DNA of 37,384 bases from Octopus bimaculoides (GCF_001194135.2 NC_069002.1:5107090-5144473), one strand, 5' to 3'; shown: positions 11,414 to 24,532, counted from the stretch's first letter. Program-made: numbers and translations. The notes: a model not told the origin generated them from the sequence alone.

Positions 11414-12252
11414 ATTTCAGCATTGTTGGAACTTTATAGACAATCATGAAATGCATAATTTTTCTGGAAAAGTATTATTTTTGGCGGGTTTGATTCGTGA
11501 ATTCGCGAAAAAAAAAAATCCACTTGGGTAATACTAAAGGTACAGTCTTCGGAGAGAGAACATCTTTGGAAACTATATTCTTTTGTTAAACATTCGTCAC
11601 TTCTGTCTTGAGAATTGTTATGTAATATTTTGATCTTCACATCAAGAAGCATCATGACGTAATAGTGGCGATGTAAGGAAAACGACGACGACGATGATGA
11701 TGATGAATACGATGACGGTGATGATGATGATGATGATGATGACGATGATGATGACGATGATGATGAAGAATGATGTTGATATCTAGCAGTTACTCAGAAA
11801 AATATTGCATAGAAGTTTACCGAAGGCCATAAAATACGTAATTTCTTTTGAAAGTGGATTTTTTTGAAACGTTTGATTCTTTAGATAGCATGAAAATCCA
11901 CATTGGTAGCACTGAAGGTACGGTCTTAAGGGAGACCATCTTTGAAAACTATGTTCTTTGTTATGCACTCCTCACTCGAGTTATCTGGAGAATTTATTAT
12001 CTGTTGTTACGAACTTTTTGCCACAAAGCAAGAACTCTAAACTACCAAATGGAACCAAAGACGTAATCTATTTATTTTCTGCTACGGTTCAGCCATTTTG
12101 GTAGCCCCTTTTATAAATCCTCATATGTCGCCGCAATAGTACCAACTATAAGCACGCATGCGCAGAAGGCAGTATGACAACAATAAAGATATGTTATAGC
12201 GAAAATGCGGATAAGTTTTGACTTGCCCTCGTATGTCTGTCTCTGTTCACTG

Positions 12253-12481
12253 TTTTTTCTTTTATCTTTCACTTGTTCCCGTCACTGGACAGTTGCCATA
12301 TCGGGGCACCGCCGTGATGTGAATTTAGCCGGACGAGTCTGGCACTTATGCAATCGGTTTCTTTTTGCTGAACCGTTAAGTTACGCGGACGTAAACAAAC
12401 GAACACCATTGTCAAGCAGAGGTGGGACAGACAGACAGACAGAAAGACACACACACACACACACACACACGCGCACGCGTT

Positions 12482-12569
<88 letters not shown>

Positions 12570-12822
12570 GCGCAGGCATGGCCGTGTAGTAGGATGTTTG
12601 CTTCCCAACCACATGGTTTCAGGTTCTGTTCTGCTGTGTGGCACCGTGAACAAATGTCTTTTGCTACAGCTTCGGGCTTCTCTCAGTTTCCGTCCACCAA
12701 ATTCTTTTGGTCGGCTCGAAGCCATTGCAAAAGACACTTGTCCAAGGTACTACACAGTGGGACTGACCCCAAATCCGTGTGGTTGGGAAGAAAACGTCTT
12801 ACCAAACAGCCATGTCCGCACC
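12253..12822 (-). mobile_element. tRNA-derived SINE, family A (composite: head + internal CA/TG microsatellite + 3' domain)
   Basis: Head 12822->12673 (GGTGCGGACATGGCTGTTTGGTAAG...CTTCCCAACCAC...GTCAGTCCC), internal (CA)n 12447-12566, 3' domain 12253-12446. Same architecture as 21395-21965 and 35525-36160. May be one of the OK/OR octopus SINE families (unconfirmed). Confidence 0.8.
12569..12677 (+). mobile_element. Family A SINE 5' fragment in inverted orientation inside the minus-strand copy
   Basis: GGCGCAGGCATGGCCGTGTAGTAGG...CTTCCCAACCACATGG..., about 75% ungapped identity over 109 nt to the reverse complement of 12714-12822. Confidence 0.85.
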
Positions 12823-13473
12823 TGTATCGATCTGTATTCGGTTGTTAACTTTCTTTATTAAGATGTCTAGAAGCTAGAGTTTGTCTTGGCTGCATTCCAT
12901 TGTGAATTGTTTATTTTTGTTAATTCTATTGTGTAGCATTTTAAATTCTTTTCGTTTCTTTATATAGATTTTTGAGCATCGAAATAAACATTTACTGCTA
13001 CCAACACAAAATACCGTGACACAAGAAACTAAAATATTCCGAAGTGAAGAAGAGTGAAACCATATCAAAAATAAATCACTTTTTGGAGTGGCTTTTCAAC
13101 GAAAATTACATAAAAGACTAACCAAATGATTTATTGTCCATACTCACAGAAATATAAACAGTCTGACTGTCAGAAGTAACTCAATTCTAAGAGAAGCGAA
13201 GCTGATAAAATTCATCTCGGTCAGAATAGTTTATCACTAACTCTTTGTCGTTAGGCTCGCGTGTTGTCTCTAAGGGGGGATAACCGGAATGACTTATAGT
13301 CTTGAAAGTTATACTCTTGCATGTAGAAGTAGTTGATACTAGCTCGACTGTAGAAACTCCACAATTGAAAGTTCCATGTGAATATTATATGTACATGTAT
13401 GTGTACATGTATATGTATGTGTATGTATACATGTGTAATATGTGCGTATGGACTTTTATGTATATATGTGTGG

Positions 13474-13526
<53 letters not shown>

Positions 13527-13551
13527 GGTATAAGTACGTGTCTATGTCTAT

Positions 13552-13620
13552 GTCGATTCGTTCAAGGCCGTGCTCCAGTATGGCCGCTGTTTAATGACTG
13601 GAACAAGTAAAAGATAAAAC
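13552..13620 (+). mobile_element. Family A SINE 3' end fragment
   Basis: GTGCTCCAGTATGGCCGC...ATGACTGGAACAAGTAAAAGA after a (TG)n run; matches 25095-25145. Confidence 0.7.
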
Positions 13621-13694
13621 ACAAAAGATTTATATTCATATATGCATATGTATACCAATATCTATACGTCACAATCTCTCTCCCTACATACATA

Positions 13695-13726
<32 letters not shown>

Positions 13727-13767
13727 TACAGACATATATAAATATATATGTGTATGTGTGTGTGTGT

Positions 13768-13806
<39 letters not shown>

Positions 13807-13946
13807 CATATACATATATAATTACACACACGTCCAATCAGGCATTCTGTACTAACGAGACCGCGGCGACAAGGAACAATCGGCTCTGAAACACTCGATT
13901 CCTGCCCATTCTACCGTTTCTAAGAGTAATCACGGAAGCTGCTATT

Positions 13947-13949
<3 letters not shown>

Positions 13950-13992
<43 letters not shown>

Positions 13993-14002
13993 NNNNNNNN
14001 NN

Positions 14003-14047
<45 letters not shown>

Positions 14048-14213
14048 AACTAGTACCGCAACCATCACCAGCACCAGCAGCAGCACCACCACCACTATCG
14101 TCATCGTCAACAAAACCAGAAAGTCCTCCACCACCACTACCAATACTAATATCACTATCATCATCATCATCGTCGTCACCATCATCACCATCATCACCAT
14201 CATCATCATCATC

Positions 14214-14276
<63 letters not shown>

Positions 14277-14283
14277 GCCAGTC
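13950..14283. repeat. Compound (CAT)n/(CAC)n microsatellite
   Basis: Long CAT runs with a decayed CAC/CAG middle and a 10-N gap. Confidence 0.95.
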
Positions 14284-14513
14284 ATAAAAATCTTCTTAAG
14301 GTAGTTCCAGAACTCCTATGATCACTCCATCCTCACACATATACAGTAGGCGGGATGGTCACGGTTGCACGGCTTTTTTACATTTCTCTTTTCATTGCAA
14401 ATATGTCTGCTCGATCAAGGTTGATCTGCAGGTAAAACAGCAGCAGCAGCAACGACAACAACAGCAAGAACAACAACGACTACTAAAGAACAATAACGCT
14501 TGTCAAAGTTAGA

Positions 14514-14580
14514 AACTTCGTTGTTTTTAATGGCGTTCATGTACGAGACGTACATGAACGCCATTAAAAACAACGAAGTT
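14514..14580. repeat. Perfect 32-bp inverted repeat with 3-nt loop
   Basis: 14514-14545 AACTTCGTTGTTTTTAATGGCGTTCATGTACG, loop AGA, 14549-14580 exact reverse complement. Confidence 0.97.
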
Positions 14581-14861
14581 CTTAATAGTTTGGACTTTCT
14601 TAAGATCGCAAAACAGCAAAAACAGCAACAGAAACAACAACAACACTGTAGAAAATTTGCCAAATATATGGTAAGACACAATTCTTAGAGTTCACTGTTC
14701 CAATTTCCGTTTCAAAGACTTTTTTTCCTACATCGATTCTTTAATATCTTTTTGTCATACAATCGATCAAAAGCATTTAGTTTCGCTTAACTCAGCGAGT
14801 TACGACATCGTTGTCAGAGAAATATACATATATATACATATGTGTATGTGTATATGTGTGA

Positions 14862-14934
<73 letters not shown>

Positions 14935-15037
14935 TGTACACAAACTTACAAGCAGAAATTAAACACATCAACCAAATATTTCTGTCTGTCTGTCTATTTG
15001 ACTGTCTGTTAGTCAGTCTGTCTGCCTGCTGTCTGCT

Positions 15038-15075
<38 letters not shown>

Positions 15076-15803
15076 TCTATGATATATATGTATAATTATG
15101 TTTATATATACATACATACATACACATATATATGTATATATATATATATANNNNNNNNNNNNNNNNNNNNNNNNNNNNNNNNNNNNNNNNNNNNNNNNNN
15201 NNNNNNNNNNNNNNNNNNNNNNNNNNNNNNNNNNNNNNNNNNNNNNNNNNNNNNNNNNNNNNNNNNNNNNNNNNNNNNNNNNNNNNNNNNNNNNNNNNNN
15301 NNNNNNNNNNNNNNNNNNNNNNNNNNNNNNNNNNNNNNNNNNNNNNNNNNNNNNNNNNNNNNNNNNNNNNNNNNNNNNNNNNNNNNNNNNNNNNNNNNNN
15401 NNNNNNNNNNNNNNNNNNNNNNNNNNNNNNNNNNNNNNNNNNNNNNNNNNNNNNNNNNNNNNNNNNNNNNNNNNNNNNNNNNNNNNNNNNNNNNNNNNNN
15501 NNNNNNNNNNNNNNNNNNNNNNNNNNNNNNNNNNNNNNNNNNNNNNNNNNNNNNNNNNNNNNNNNNNNNNNNNNATTGTTAGATTTTTAACGTAAGCAGA
15601 TGTTCGCGCTATTTTTGTGGTAGTGTCAACGGAATTTTAAGTATATTTAACTTTCAGCGGAAGTCTTTATAAACATCGGCTGTTCAATGATTAATCGTTT
15701 GAAATTGAGATATGCGATTGATATGAAGCAAAGTTCTTATCAAAATAGATCAAAGTATTTCAAATTGGAAACTTCGTAGCACCAACTCTATGACATGCAG
15801 ACC

Positions 15804-15901
<98 letters not shown>

Positions 15902-16308
15902 AAATCTATACAATGTGTATGTATATCGGAATGTATCCTCCTCTTTATCTCTCTGTCTCTTTCTCTCTCTGTCTCTTTCTCTCTCTGTCTCTTTGTCTCT
16001 TTCTATCTCTCTAAAGATATATATGCATATATACATATATGTATGTGAGTGTGTGTATGCATGTATGTATCATTGTAAGCATATAAGTGCATGTATACGC
16101 ATATATGTATATATACATACATATATGCGTATACATGCATATACATGCTTACAATGATACATACGTGCACACACACTCACATATATATATACACATATAC
16201 ATATATATATATATACATACATATGTACATACACCCACATATATATACGCATACGTATATATATATATATAGATACAGATACATAAGCATACATGTATAT
16301 CACCCACA

Positions 16309-16349
<41 letters not shown>

Positions 16350-17239
16350 ATGTATAAGATCATCGAGCATTGCTTTGGAATCTTACAAAGATATCATATT
16401 GTGTGAAACTTCCTAATTGATCAACGCTAGGTAATTACATACGAGATGATGTCGGAGAGATACGAAAGTTCTAATGATTTCACAAAGTGCTTTTGAAAGC
16501 TAAACTCCTTTTGTTATTTATCTCGTTGATAAATTGGGCATCGGAAATGCTCAGAACAGAAACTGCTGGAACCAGTTATAGCAATTGCAAGTTCTATTCC
16601 CGATGAAGACTAATGCTTTTCGCCCCTTAGTTAATTAGCCAGTTCACCCTGCGCCACGAGGCATATAACGCCGCAGCATGATCTCTCCAGCCAGCTCTGT
16701 TTTCTGTCATCAGAACAACGAAATATACAAATAGTGAAACGAGACAAGCAACATAAAGAACAATCCCTTCATCAGTTGCCCCCTATTTTATCTATTCCGC
16801 GTTTCGAACGTTGGGACAAGACGAGACTTCGTTAAAACAAAGCAAATTAAATAAAAGTTGGGATTTTGCAGAGGGTTAAAGTGGTAACAAAAACAGGACA
16901 ATAAGAACAAAACAGTAAAAACAAACGGTAAGGGCTGTTAAGCCATAACGAGGTAAAAAAAACTCAGTAGATCATCGAGAAGCTACGCCATGGGATGGAA
17001 CGTGGAACCACGTTATTACAAACGAAATTTTTAATTCATGCAGATACAACTGCGCCAGTATCATAAATATGTGTCATCTATAATTACTGGTACATATGAA
17101 TATCTATCTATCTATCTATCTATCTATCTACTCATCTATCTACTCATCTATCTATCTGTCAATGTGTCTACATACAGCTAGCTATAGATATAAGAATACG
17201 AACATAGATACAAAACCACACATGTATACACAGAGAGAG

Positions 17240-17281
<42 letters not shown>

Positions 17282-17546
17282 AAGTGTAGGAGAAAAATAA
17301 TGGGTGCATATGAGTATTCATATATAACAATGTATATAATTATATCAAAATATAAGTTATACTTATAGCTACTTACATATGGACACCACACACATTAACA
17401 CACACAAGCACACACACTGACAGGCGTGTGCGTAATTATGAATTTTAACGTATAACGTGCGCATGCGTGAGCGTGTTAGTACGCATATGCATATGGAAAT
17501 TTTCAACGAATACATGTAATTATATGTAAATTTCAATGATTTCCTT

Positions 17547-17584
<38 letters not shown>

Positions 17585-18845
17585 ACACACGCACACATAC
17601 ATATATATATAACATAATATAACATATATAAATGTATATATATATATATATATATATANNNNNNNNNNNNNNNNNNNNNNNNNNNNNNNNNNNNNNNNNN
17701 NNNNNNNNNNNNNNNNNNNNNNNNNNNNNNNNNNNNNNNNNNNNNNNNNNNNNNNNNNNNNNNNNNNNNNNNNNNNNNNNNNNNNNNNNNNNNNNNNNNN
17801 NNNNNNNNNNNNNNNNNNNNNNNNNNNNNNNNNNNNNNNNNNNNNNNNNNNNNNNNNNNNNNNNNNNNNNNNNNNNNNNNNNNNNNNNNNNNNNNNNNNN
17901 NNNNNNNNNNNNNNNNNNNNNNNNNNNNNNNNNNNNNNNNNNNNNNNNNNNNNNNNNNNNNNNNNNNNNNNNNNNNNNNNNNNNNNNNNNNNNNNNNNNN
18001 NNNNNNNNNNNNNNNNNNNNNNNNNNNNNNNNNNNNNNNNNNNNNNNNNNNNNNNNNNNNNNNNNNNNNNNNNNNNNNNNNNNNNNNNNNNNNNNNNNNN
18101 NNNNNNNNNNNNNNNNNNNNNNNNNNNNNNNNNNNNNNNNNNNNNNNNNNNNNNNNNNNNNNNNNNNNNNNNNNNNNNNNNNNNNNNNNNNNNNNNNNNN
18201 NNNNNNNNNNNNNNNNNNNNNNNNNNNNNNNNNNNNNNNNNNNNNNNNNNNNNNNNNNNNNNNNNNNNNNNNNNNNNNNNNNNNNNNNNNNNNNNNNNNN
18301 NNNNNNNNNNNNNNNNNNNNNNNNNNNNNNNNNNNNNNNNNNNNNNNNNNNNNNNNNNNNNNNNNNNNNNNNNNNNNNNNNNNNNNNNNNNNNNNNNNNN
18401 NNNNNNNNNNNNNNNNNNNNNNNNNNNNNNNNNNNNNNNNNNNNNNNNNNNNNNNNNNNNNNNNNNNNNNNNNNNNNNNNNNNNNNNNNNNNNNNNNNNN
18501 NNNNNNNNNNNNNNNNNNNNNNNNNNNNNNNNNNNNNNNNNNNNNATACCTACATACATACATATATATACACACACATGTATATGTACATATATATATA
18601 CATATACCTACATACATACATATATATACACACACGTTAGTTGATACAGGTATACACACGTACATGCATACATACAGACTCGTATTGTTTGTGTGTTTAT
18701 GCTGTTCTTTGCTTCAGATGGTGTGAAGAAGTATTTGAACAGAAGCAGTTACACGTGAAAACATATCCTCCGTGTACCTCCGTATGTTTACATCATGCAT
18801 ATGTTGGTTCGTCTAAAAACATCTTTGCATAGACTCGTATCATAT

Positions 18846-18942
<97 letters not shown>

Positions 18943-19331
18943 ACACATACACACAGAGTCATTCACACACACGCTAGCACACCTACTTGTATATATTTTT
19001 ATAATCATATATATATATATGTATATATGTATTCATATATATATATAAATATATGGATTATAATATATTGTACAATATAATATTAGTACATATGGAAATG
19101 TACTAATATGGACACACGTACACACATAAACATATATATTTATGCGCAAATATATTATATATGCTAGTACGTGTATGCATGTAATGCTTGCGCATGCGCA
19201 ATCCTTCCTATCTTACCAACCCCATTATTCAGCAAAAATAGAGATGTAGAAAATCCAACAAGAAATGGCTGATGGCTATTATTTGATCGATGACCAGTCA
19301 AAATTTCTCCTGATATCAGCATTGCAATATG

Positions 19332-19362
<31 letters not shown>

Positions 19363-20209
19363 NNNNNNNNNNNNNNNNNNNNNNNNNNNNNNNNNNNNNN
19401 NNNNNNNNNNNNNNNNNNNNNNNNNNNNNNNNNNNNNNNNNNNNNNNNNNNNNNNNNNNNNNNNNNNNNNNNNNNNNNNNNNNNNNNNNNNNNNNNNNNN
19501 NNNNNNNNNNNNNNNNNNNNNNNNNNNNNNNNNNNNNNNNNNNNNNNNNNNNNNNNNNNNNNNNNNNNNNNNNNNNNNNNNNNNNNNNNNNNNNNNNNNN
19601 NNNNNNNNNNNNNNNNNNNNNNNNNNNNNNNNNNNNNNNNNNNNNNNNNNNNNNNNNNNNNNNNNNNNNNNNNNNNNNNNNNNNNNNNNNNNNNNNNNNN
19701 NNNNNNNNNNNNNNNNNNNNNNNNNNNNNNNNNNNNNNNNNNNNNNNNNNNNNNNNNNNNNNNNNNNNNNNNNNNNNNNNNNNNNNNNNNNNNNNNNNNN
19801 NNNNNNNNNNNNNNNNNNNNNNNNNNNNNNNNNNNNNNNNNNNNNNNNNNNNNNNNNNNNNNNNNNNNNNNNNNNNNNNNNNNNNNNNNNNNNNNNNNNN
19901 NNNNNNNNNNNNNNNNNNNNNNNNNNNNNNNNNNNNNNNNNNNNNNNNNNNNNNNNNNNNNNNNNNNNNNNNNNNNNNNNNNNNNNNNNNNNNNNNNNNN
20001 NNNNNNNNNNNNNNNNNNNNNNNNNNNNNNNNNNNNNNNNNNNNNNNNNNNNNNNNNNNNNNNNNNNNNNNNNNNNNNNNNNNNNNNNNNNNNNNNNNNN
20101 NNNNNNNNNNNNNNNNNNNNNNNNNNNATATATATATATATATATACATACATACGGAAACACGCAATAGACATACTGTATACATACTGAAATTGTGCGC
20201 GTGTGTGTG

Positions 20210-20261
<52 letters not shown>

Positions 20262-20279
20262 TGCATAAGAACACACATC

Positions 20280-20460
20280 GTGGCATATCGTCCGACTTTA
20301 CGTTCTGAGTTCAAATTCCGCCGAGGTCGACTTTGGCTTTCATCCTTTCGGGGTCGATAAATTAAGTACCAGTTGAGTATTGGAGTCGATCTAATCAACT
20401 ATCCTCCTCCCCCAGATTTCAGGCTTTGTGCCTATAATAGAAAGGATTATTATTATTATT
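20280..20460 (+). mobile_element. Family B SINE, 5'-truncated, with (ATT)5 tail
   Basis: CGTTCTGAGTTCAAATTCCGCCGAGGTCGACTTTGGCTTTCATCCTTTCGGGGTCGATAAATTAAGTACCAG is the reverse complement of the core at 8725-8800. Confidence 0.85.
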
Positions 20461-21120
<660 letters not shown>

Positions 21121-21394
21121 TGATTATCCTCTAATCCAGTCAGGCATTCTCCTTGAGAATCTCAACTCACAAACTGAGATTTTGTGAAATGCTTATCTCC
21201 TAATCCTTTACGTCTCTCACTTCCTTTTCTGCACCTGATTAAACAAACTAAGACCTTTAGACCACCAATCGCCGAGGCAGCATCTTATCAAATATCGGTT
21301 CCAGTGATATTAAGATATCAACATCTTTCTTGTTTTGACACGATGAAGAGAAACAAAAAATTGTTTTTGACAAAAATATTTTAATTCTTATATT

Positions 21395-21646
21395 CATTTA
21401 TTATTGTGTTGGCCATTGAACGGTAGCCATGCTGAAGTACTGCTCCGAAGGTTTTATCTTCCACTCGCTTCCATCAATGGACTGCGGCCATACTAGGGCA
21501 ACGTTTTGAAAGGTTTTAAGCGAACAAATCGATCCCAGTACTTTTCGTTTTATTACGCCTGGCACATATTCTATCGGTGTTATTTGCCGAATCACTAGGT
21601 TAAGCATATCAACACAGGTTGTCAAGAGGTGATGGGAGACAAACAC

Positions 21647-21687
<41 letters not shown>

Positions 21688-21965
21688 CATACATATAGAT
21701 ACAAACACATATACACACACACATATATATATACATACAAATATAGACACACACACACACACACGTATATATATATATATGTATATATACATATATATAT
21801 ATATTTATATGTATACATATATACAACGGGCTTCTTTCAGTTTTTGTCTACCAAATCACAAGACTTTGGTCGACCCGAGGTTTTGCCTAAGGTGCTACGC
21901 AGTGAAACTGAACCCAGAATCACATGGTTGGGAAGCAAGCGTCTTATCACACAACCACAGCTGCG
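21395..21965 (-). mobile_element. Family A SINE, full composite copy with internal deletion and duplicated 3' end
   Basis: Head 21965->21824 (CACATGGTTGGGAAGCAAGC, CGGGCTTCTTTCAG), internal CA/TA microsatellite 21650-21823, 3' domain 21395-21650. Confidence 0.8.
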
Positions 21966-22449
21966 AGTATGTAATTTATTTCTCATTAGGAATAATGTTG
22001 CAATCAATTTATTCAGTCACAAACATGTCCAATTGTCTGCTCCACCTTCTTCAGATATAAAATTGTGGTGGCGGTAGTAGTGGCTGTGATGGTTGCGTTG
22101 ACGGTATTGACGTGGTGGTGGTGATCATGGTTTAGGTGGTGGTGATGGTGGTGGTGGTGGAAGATAAAGGCAAATAAAAAAGAAAGAAGTGCATCTCTAA
22201 CAGCAACTTATATTAAATAGTATTTTGAAATTAGGTTTCTAAACAGAGGCGATAAAAATAAATATTTAAATCATTAGAAGTATAATTACAATAATATTAA
22301 CAATAAACGGTAATTTATTATTCATATTTGGATATTATTTATGTGCTGTGGGATGTTGTTACTCTCAAAACGGACACGTACACAGTCAAAACATATAAAC
22401 ACATACTCAGGCACGCACGCACGCATGCACATACATACATACATACACA

Positions 22450-22493
<44 letters not shown>

Positions 22494-22883
22494 NNNNNNN
22501 NNNNNNNNNNNNNNNNNNNNNNNNNNNNNNNNNNNNNNNNNNNNNNNNNNNNNNNNNNNNNNNNNNNNNNNNNNNNNNNNNNNNNNNNNNNNNNNNNNNN
22601 NNNNNNNNNNNNNNNNNNNNNNNNNNNNNNNNNNNNNNNNNNNNNNNNNNNNNNNNNNNNNNNNNNNNNNNNNNNNNNNNNNNNNNNNNNNNNNNNNNNN
22701 NNNNNNNNNNNNNNNNNNNNNNNNNNNNNNNNNNNNNNNNNNNNNNNNNNNNNNNNNNNNNNNNNNNNNNNNNNNNNNNNNNNNNNNNNNNNNNNNNNNN
22801 NNNNNNNNNNNNNNNNNNNNNNNNNNNNNNNNNNNNNNNNNNNNNNNNNNNNNNNNNNNNNNNNNNNNNNNNNNNNNNNNNNN

Positions 22884-22918
<35 letters not shown>

Positions 22919-22960
22919 ATCACCACCACCAGCACCACCACCCCGTCAATACTGTCAACG

Positions 22961-23076
22961 CAACTGGTACTTATTTTATCGGCCTCGAAATGATGAAAGG
23001 CAAAGTCGACTTTGGTGGAATTTGAACTCAGAACGTGAAGACGGCCGAAAAGCCGCTAAACATTTTGTCCGGCACG
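22961..23076 (-). mobile_element. Family B SINE fragment lacking its 3' third
   Basis: AACTGGTACTTATTTTATCGG...GATGAAAGGCAAAGTCGACTTTGGTGGAATTTGAACTCAGAACG aligns to the other family B copies. Confidence 0.8.
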
Positions 23077-23170
23077 AATCTACCAGAATGTATTGCGAAT
23101 AAACACACCAGTGGCTTTCACTCTCGCCATTCACCTGGTATATAACGGTTCATCTATCGTTGGTAGATAC

Positions 23171-23206
23171 CTGACGAGGCACAACGATGTTGAAACAATG
23201 GCTGTC
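23171..23206 (+). ncRNA. Hammerhead-ribozyme-like core (probably a degenerate Penelope/retrozyme-type relic)
   Basis: CTGACGA, 4-bp stem II (GGCA/TGTT), GAAA, 3-bp stem III, GTC triplet. No adjacent stem I found. Confidence 0.45.
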
Positions 23207-23534
23207 CCAGAAACTCTCGAGGAAATGTATCGAGGGTGTCGTCATAAACGAAAAGCTGTACTGAGATAAAACACAACAACGATTAGCATACACGTTTTCG
23301 AATCTACCTGAATATATTAAGAATAGCATATTCAAGTTCGAATTTACCGGAAGGTGTTAAAAATTGATATGCAAGTCACCGTTTTAATTCTCGCTGTTCT
23401 CTATGTATATGAGAATCGAAACCTTACACACAGCTCACCGAGTCAGTCCTCAAAATCATCATACCACTATGAGGTTACATTTTAGTCTACAACGTTGGCT
23501 ACAAAAGAGATACTATTACCATATTATTATAATA

Positions 23535-23606
<72 letters not shown>

Positions 23607-23802
23607 GCTATCGTTATTATCATTATTATTATCATCATACAACCTTGTGTTATTTACATAACATTCTAAATAGAGCTTCCCATTGAAGCTGCTCAAAAGG
23701 CTGAACAATATTGACTTGACTTCAGTGTGAAGTTGAAGAAATATTTTCAATTAATTTTCAATGAAACAGTCTGGTACGTTGAGGGAAAGAGAAAGAGAGA
23801 TA

Positions 23803-23839
<37 letters not shown>

Positions 23840-24158
23840 TGAGAGAAAGAATTAGAGGGAGGGAGAGAGAGAGAGAGAGAGAGAGTTGTATCGAAAAAGA
23901 TACATATATATATGTGTGTGTATGTGTGTGTGTGTGTGTTTGTGTGTGTGAATAGAGAAAGAGGGATAGAGTGAGTGAGAAGGAAATATGTTTAAAGAGC
24001 GCTAATGTACAAATTAGGTAAATTTTAGGAAGGAACACGAATAGAATTGCTCCGAATACATACATACATGCACACATGCATACATACTTTCATACAACAT
24101 AAATATATACACACATACATACATATTTATATATGTATTATATATGCATATATAATAT

Positions 24159-24220
<62 letters not shown>

Positions 24221-24488
24221 GTATATATATGCGTGCAGATTTGCATAAATACATATATATGCATACACACACATCATTATCCCGACATATATATATTTAC
24301 ATGCATTTTAAATATATACATCTATAAGTATGCTCATTTTATATACGCATATGTATATGCATACACACATACACACATTTACATGAGTTTGGGGTATATA
24401 TGTCTGTAGGCATATTTGTATTGCGTATGTATGTGTGTGTGTGTGCCTGCATGTGCATATATAATGTATATATATCCATTATATATGA

Positions 24489-24532
<44 letters not shown>

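Noticed and set aside
12569-12640. Possible tRNA genes at SINE heads (also 8599 and 8868)
   Set aside because: A/B-box-like motifs are present but no cloverleaf forms, and each continues into a SINE body.
11173-14688. Poly-D, poly-M, poly-H and poly-Q ORFs
   Set aside because: Trinucleotide microsatellites. The mirrored ORFs at 14415-14688 simply reflect the palindrome.
19188-19201. NRF1-like palindrome TTGCGCATGCGCAA (also 12155-12164)
   Set aside because: Easily generated from mixed CA/TG/AT microsatellite decay; no promoter context.
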